DNA of 62,635 nucleotides, filler included. It is 7 parts of 7 records of this genome, joined end to end, with 100 filler letters (N's around TTAATTAATTAA, not from the genome) between each part and the next. Parts side by side here need not be neighbours in the genome. Positions count along the whole stretch, not along the records: positions 55,093 to 62,635 come from SRR31156797_25984; 6 more parts are not named here. One strand, written 5' to 3'. The stretch's first letter is position 1; each line of letters begins with the position of its first letter. Of the stretch, positions 60,463 to 62,635 are shown one piece after another. Made by a program: the position numbers and the translations under genes. The notes beneath the pieces are model-generated. The model made no database searches, had not been told where the DNA came from, and saw only the letters and a list, made by a program, of their open reading frames with translations.

Positions 60463-61727
60463 TGAATATAATCTTGTTATTTATAGTATTATTTGTTTTG
60501 TTATTAATTGGTGTACCTGTAGTATTTGCAATCGGATTAGACTGTATTATATATATGACACTATTTCATGTATCAAGTCTAATCCAAATTCCAACTAAGA
60601 TATATGCGCAGAATGATTCTTACGTATTTCTGGCAATTCCGTTGTTTGTATTCTGTGGTTGTATAATGGAAGCAGGCGGAATCTCAAAACGATTAATTGA
60701 TTTCGTATATAAACTGGTTGGGAGACAACCTGGAGCATTGGGTACTGTCGCAATTATATCATGTATGATATTTTCTGCATTAACTGGCTCAGCTATAGCT
60801 ACTACAGCTGCGATAGGTGCCATAATGTACCCCATGATGGTTAAGAATGGTTATGATGGGAAAATCGCCGCCGGGATGATATGTTCCGCTGGAGCACTAG
60901 GACCCATTATTCCTCCTAGTATTCCTATGGTTATATATGGATCTACAATGGGAGTCTCTGTTGCAAGTTTATTTTTAGGAGGAATAATTCCCGGTATTTT
61001 TATGGGATTTGTCTTTATTGGAATAAATATTGTTTATGCAATAAAAAACGATTTGCCACGTAGTCATGAAAAATACAGTGTAAAAGAAAAGCTAAAAGCT
61101 TTATGGAATAGTTTAGGTGTTATGATGCTGCCGGTTATCATACTTGGCGGTATATATGGTGGATATTTTACACCCACCGAAGCAGGAACAGTTGCGAGCA
61201 TATATTCGATAATATTGGTTGTTGCTTTTAAAAGTATAACTTTTAAAGGATTTATTGAAGTGTGCAGAAAATCAGTACTAACTTCCGGGGCAATAATGTG
61301 TATCATCGCCGTTTCTGGATTGTTTGCGTATGTATTAACTGTTGAAAAAATACCTACTCGCATTGCTGAATTTATATTGCCCTACATGTCATCTCAAACA
61401 GCATTTATGTTGATGATGTTTGTATTTTTAATAATAGTAGGAGCATTGATGGATTCAGGCCCAGCTATACTGATCTTAGCACCAATCATAGCACCGATAG
61501 GAGTGGCATTAGGACTCAATCCATTGTATATAGGTGTAATGTTTTGTTGTGTATTGTGCATGGGGGCAATTACGCCTCCCTTCGGTATCACTTTGTTTAC
61601 AATCGCGCCTATTTCAAATCTGACGTTTGCAGAAGTAGTTAGGGGTGCTGCTATTTTCATTGTAAGTGCATTCTCAGTTCTGTTATTGCTATGTTTTGTA
61701 CCTCAAATCGTTACTGTATTATTTTGA
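60462..61727 (+). CDS. dctM: TRAP large permease
   Basis: LAIPLF, GPIIPPSIPM, FTPTEAG, ITPPFG. Confidence 0.93.
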   Translation: MNIILLFIVLFVLLLIGVPVVFAIGLDCIIYMTLFHVSSLIQIPTKIYAQNDSYVFLAIPLFVFCGCIMEAGGISKRLIDFVYKLVGRQPGALGTVAIISCMIFSALTGSAIATTAAIGAIMYPMMVKNGYDGKIAAGMICSAGALGPIIPPSIPMVIYGSTMGVSVASLFLGGIIPGIFMGFVFIGINIVYAIKNDLPRSHEKYSVKEKLKALWNSLGVMMLPVIILGGIYGGYFTPTEAGTVASIYSIILVVAFKSITFKGFIEVCRKSVLTSGAIMCIIAVSGLFAYVLTVEKIPTRIAEFILPYMSSQTAFMLMMFVFLIIVGALMDSGPAILILAPIIAPIGVALGLNPLYIGVMFCCVLCMGAITPPFGITLFTIAPISNLTFAEVVRGAAIFIVSAFSVLLLLCFVPQIVTVLF

Positions 61728-61804
61728 AAGGATATTAAATCAATAGAAGATGAAGTACTCCTTTAGTCGTACTTCATCGGGTGATTTCAAAGACAAAGGG
61801 CTGC

Positions 61805-62635
61805 ATGATGAGTGATCTAAGAATTGTCGGTGGAAAAGTATATGATCCACTATTGGATACGTCCTGTGAACGTGATGTTCTCGTACGTGGGGATAAAATA
61901 GCTAAATTACCAGGTAATAAGGAAACAGTCTTTGATGCAAAAAATTGTATCGTTGTTCCAGGGTTAATTGATTATCACATACATGTGTTTAAAGAAATTA
62001 ACAAGATGTGCGTTAATGCTGACTTAGCCTGTATCCCTAATGGAGTCACAACTGCGGTTGATGGAGGAACCTGTGGAGCTCCATTGTATCCATACTGTAG
62101 AGTAGGTCATTCTGTAAATACTAATGTAACAATAAAATCCTATTTAAATATTTCTTCAGTAGGGATTATTTCACCTAAAGTTGCAGAAAATGTAGATCCC
62201 GATTGTATTGAAGAGGATTTGATCAAAAAATGTTTTGAGAAATATGATGAATTAGTAGCCTTAAAACTAAGAAACTCGTTGGGCATTGTAGAGGAAAATA
62301 ATACAGAGCCCTTGATTTCTATGGTTAAACTAGCATCTGATATCGGATGTAATGCTGTAGTTCATACAACTGACAATGCACTAACTGCAAATGAAACTGT
62401 TAAATATTTGCGAAAGAATGATGTTTTTTGTCATATGTATCAAGGAAGGGGTAATACTATTCTAGATGATAGTATGCAAGTATATTCGGAACTGTTTGAG
62501 GCAAAAAGTCGGGGTGTTTTATTTGACGCTTGTAACGGTAATGCAAATTTCTCTTTTAAGATAGCCAAAGCCGCATTAGAGCAAGGTTTCGAACCGGATA
62601 TAATCAGTTCCGACTTAACACCTCTGTCTATGTAC
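61805..62635 (+). CDS. Dihydroorotase-like metallo-amidohydrolase (runs off the window; not in the ORF track)
   Basis: My translation: MMSDLRIVGGKVYDP...IVVPGLIDYHIHVF...PNGVTTAVDGGTCG. Confidence 0.85.
   Translation, partial: MMSDLRIVGGKVYDPLLDTSCERDVLVRGDKIAKLPGNKETVFDAKNCIVVPGLIDYHIHVFKEINKMCVNADLACIPNGVTTAVDGGTCGAPLYPYCRVGHSVNTNVTIKSYLNISSVGIISPKVAENVDPDCIEEDLIKKCFEKYDELVALKLRNSLGIVEENNTEPLISMVKLASDIGCNAVVHTTDNALTANETVKYLRKNDVFCHMYQGRGNTILDDSMQVYSELFEAKSRGVLFDACNGNANFSFKIAKAALEQGFEPDIISSDLTPLSMY

Overview
The window is not one locus. It is seven unrelated contigs joined by identical 100-nt artificial spacers (N-run, TTAATTAATTAA, N-run), so gene context is only meaningful within a block; taxonomic labels below are inferred from gene content and style. 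(1) 1-10225, Desulfobacterota-like: a chemoreceptor, small signalling genes and decayed genes, then a cobalamin-riboswitch-controlled bzaF-cobT-methyltransferase operon for cobamide lower-ligand synthesis. (2) 10326-16215, spirochaete-like housekeeping: peptide-binding protein, acyltransferase, UPF0158-GNAT, proS, eno. (3) 16316-23407: the right end of a Mu-like transposable prophage. Baseplate genes are followed by a very short tail fibre, a putative papain-like Cys protease and an 1153-aa lipoprotein with a beta-helix-like region, then a transposon-type end next to a tRNA. (4) 23508-28833, Clostridia-like: a glycyl radical enzyme with non-canonical motifs (GCVYP, RIGGFS), a binding lipoprotein and LysR. 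(5) 28934-35411, Desulfobacterales-like: gntR-etfB-etfA-membrane Fe-S oxidoreductase and a sigma54 activator with a degenerate receiver. (6) 35512-54992, Bacteroidales-like, between two tRNA-Leu genes: MATE with leader ORFs, MscS, GNAT-nitrilase, three tandem T9SS paralogues, a glycoside hydrolase, a frameshifted vapC, an M1 peptidase and a hairpin-interrupted tRNA-Leu copy. (7) 55093-62635: an aldolase/FadR/IlvD-type dehydratase/TRAP/amidohydrolase catabolic cluster. The best candidates for undescribed biology are the prophage terminal module, the atypical glycyl radical enzyme, the interrupted tRNA copy and the bzaF-cobT-bzaC-like operon. All family assignments come from motif recognition; no database searches were run.
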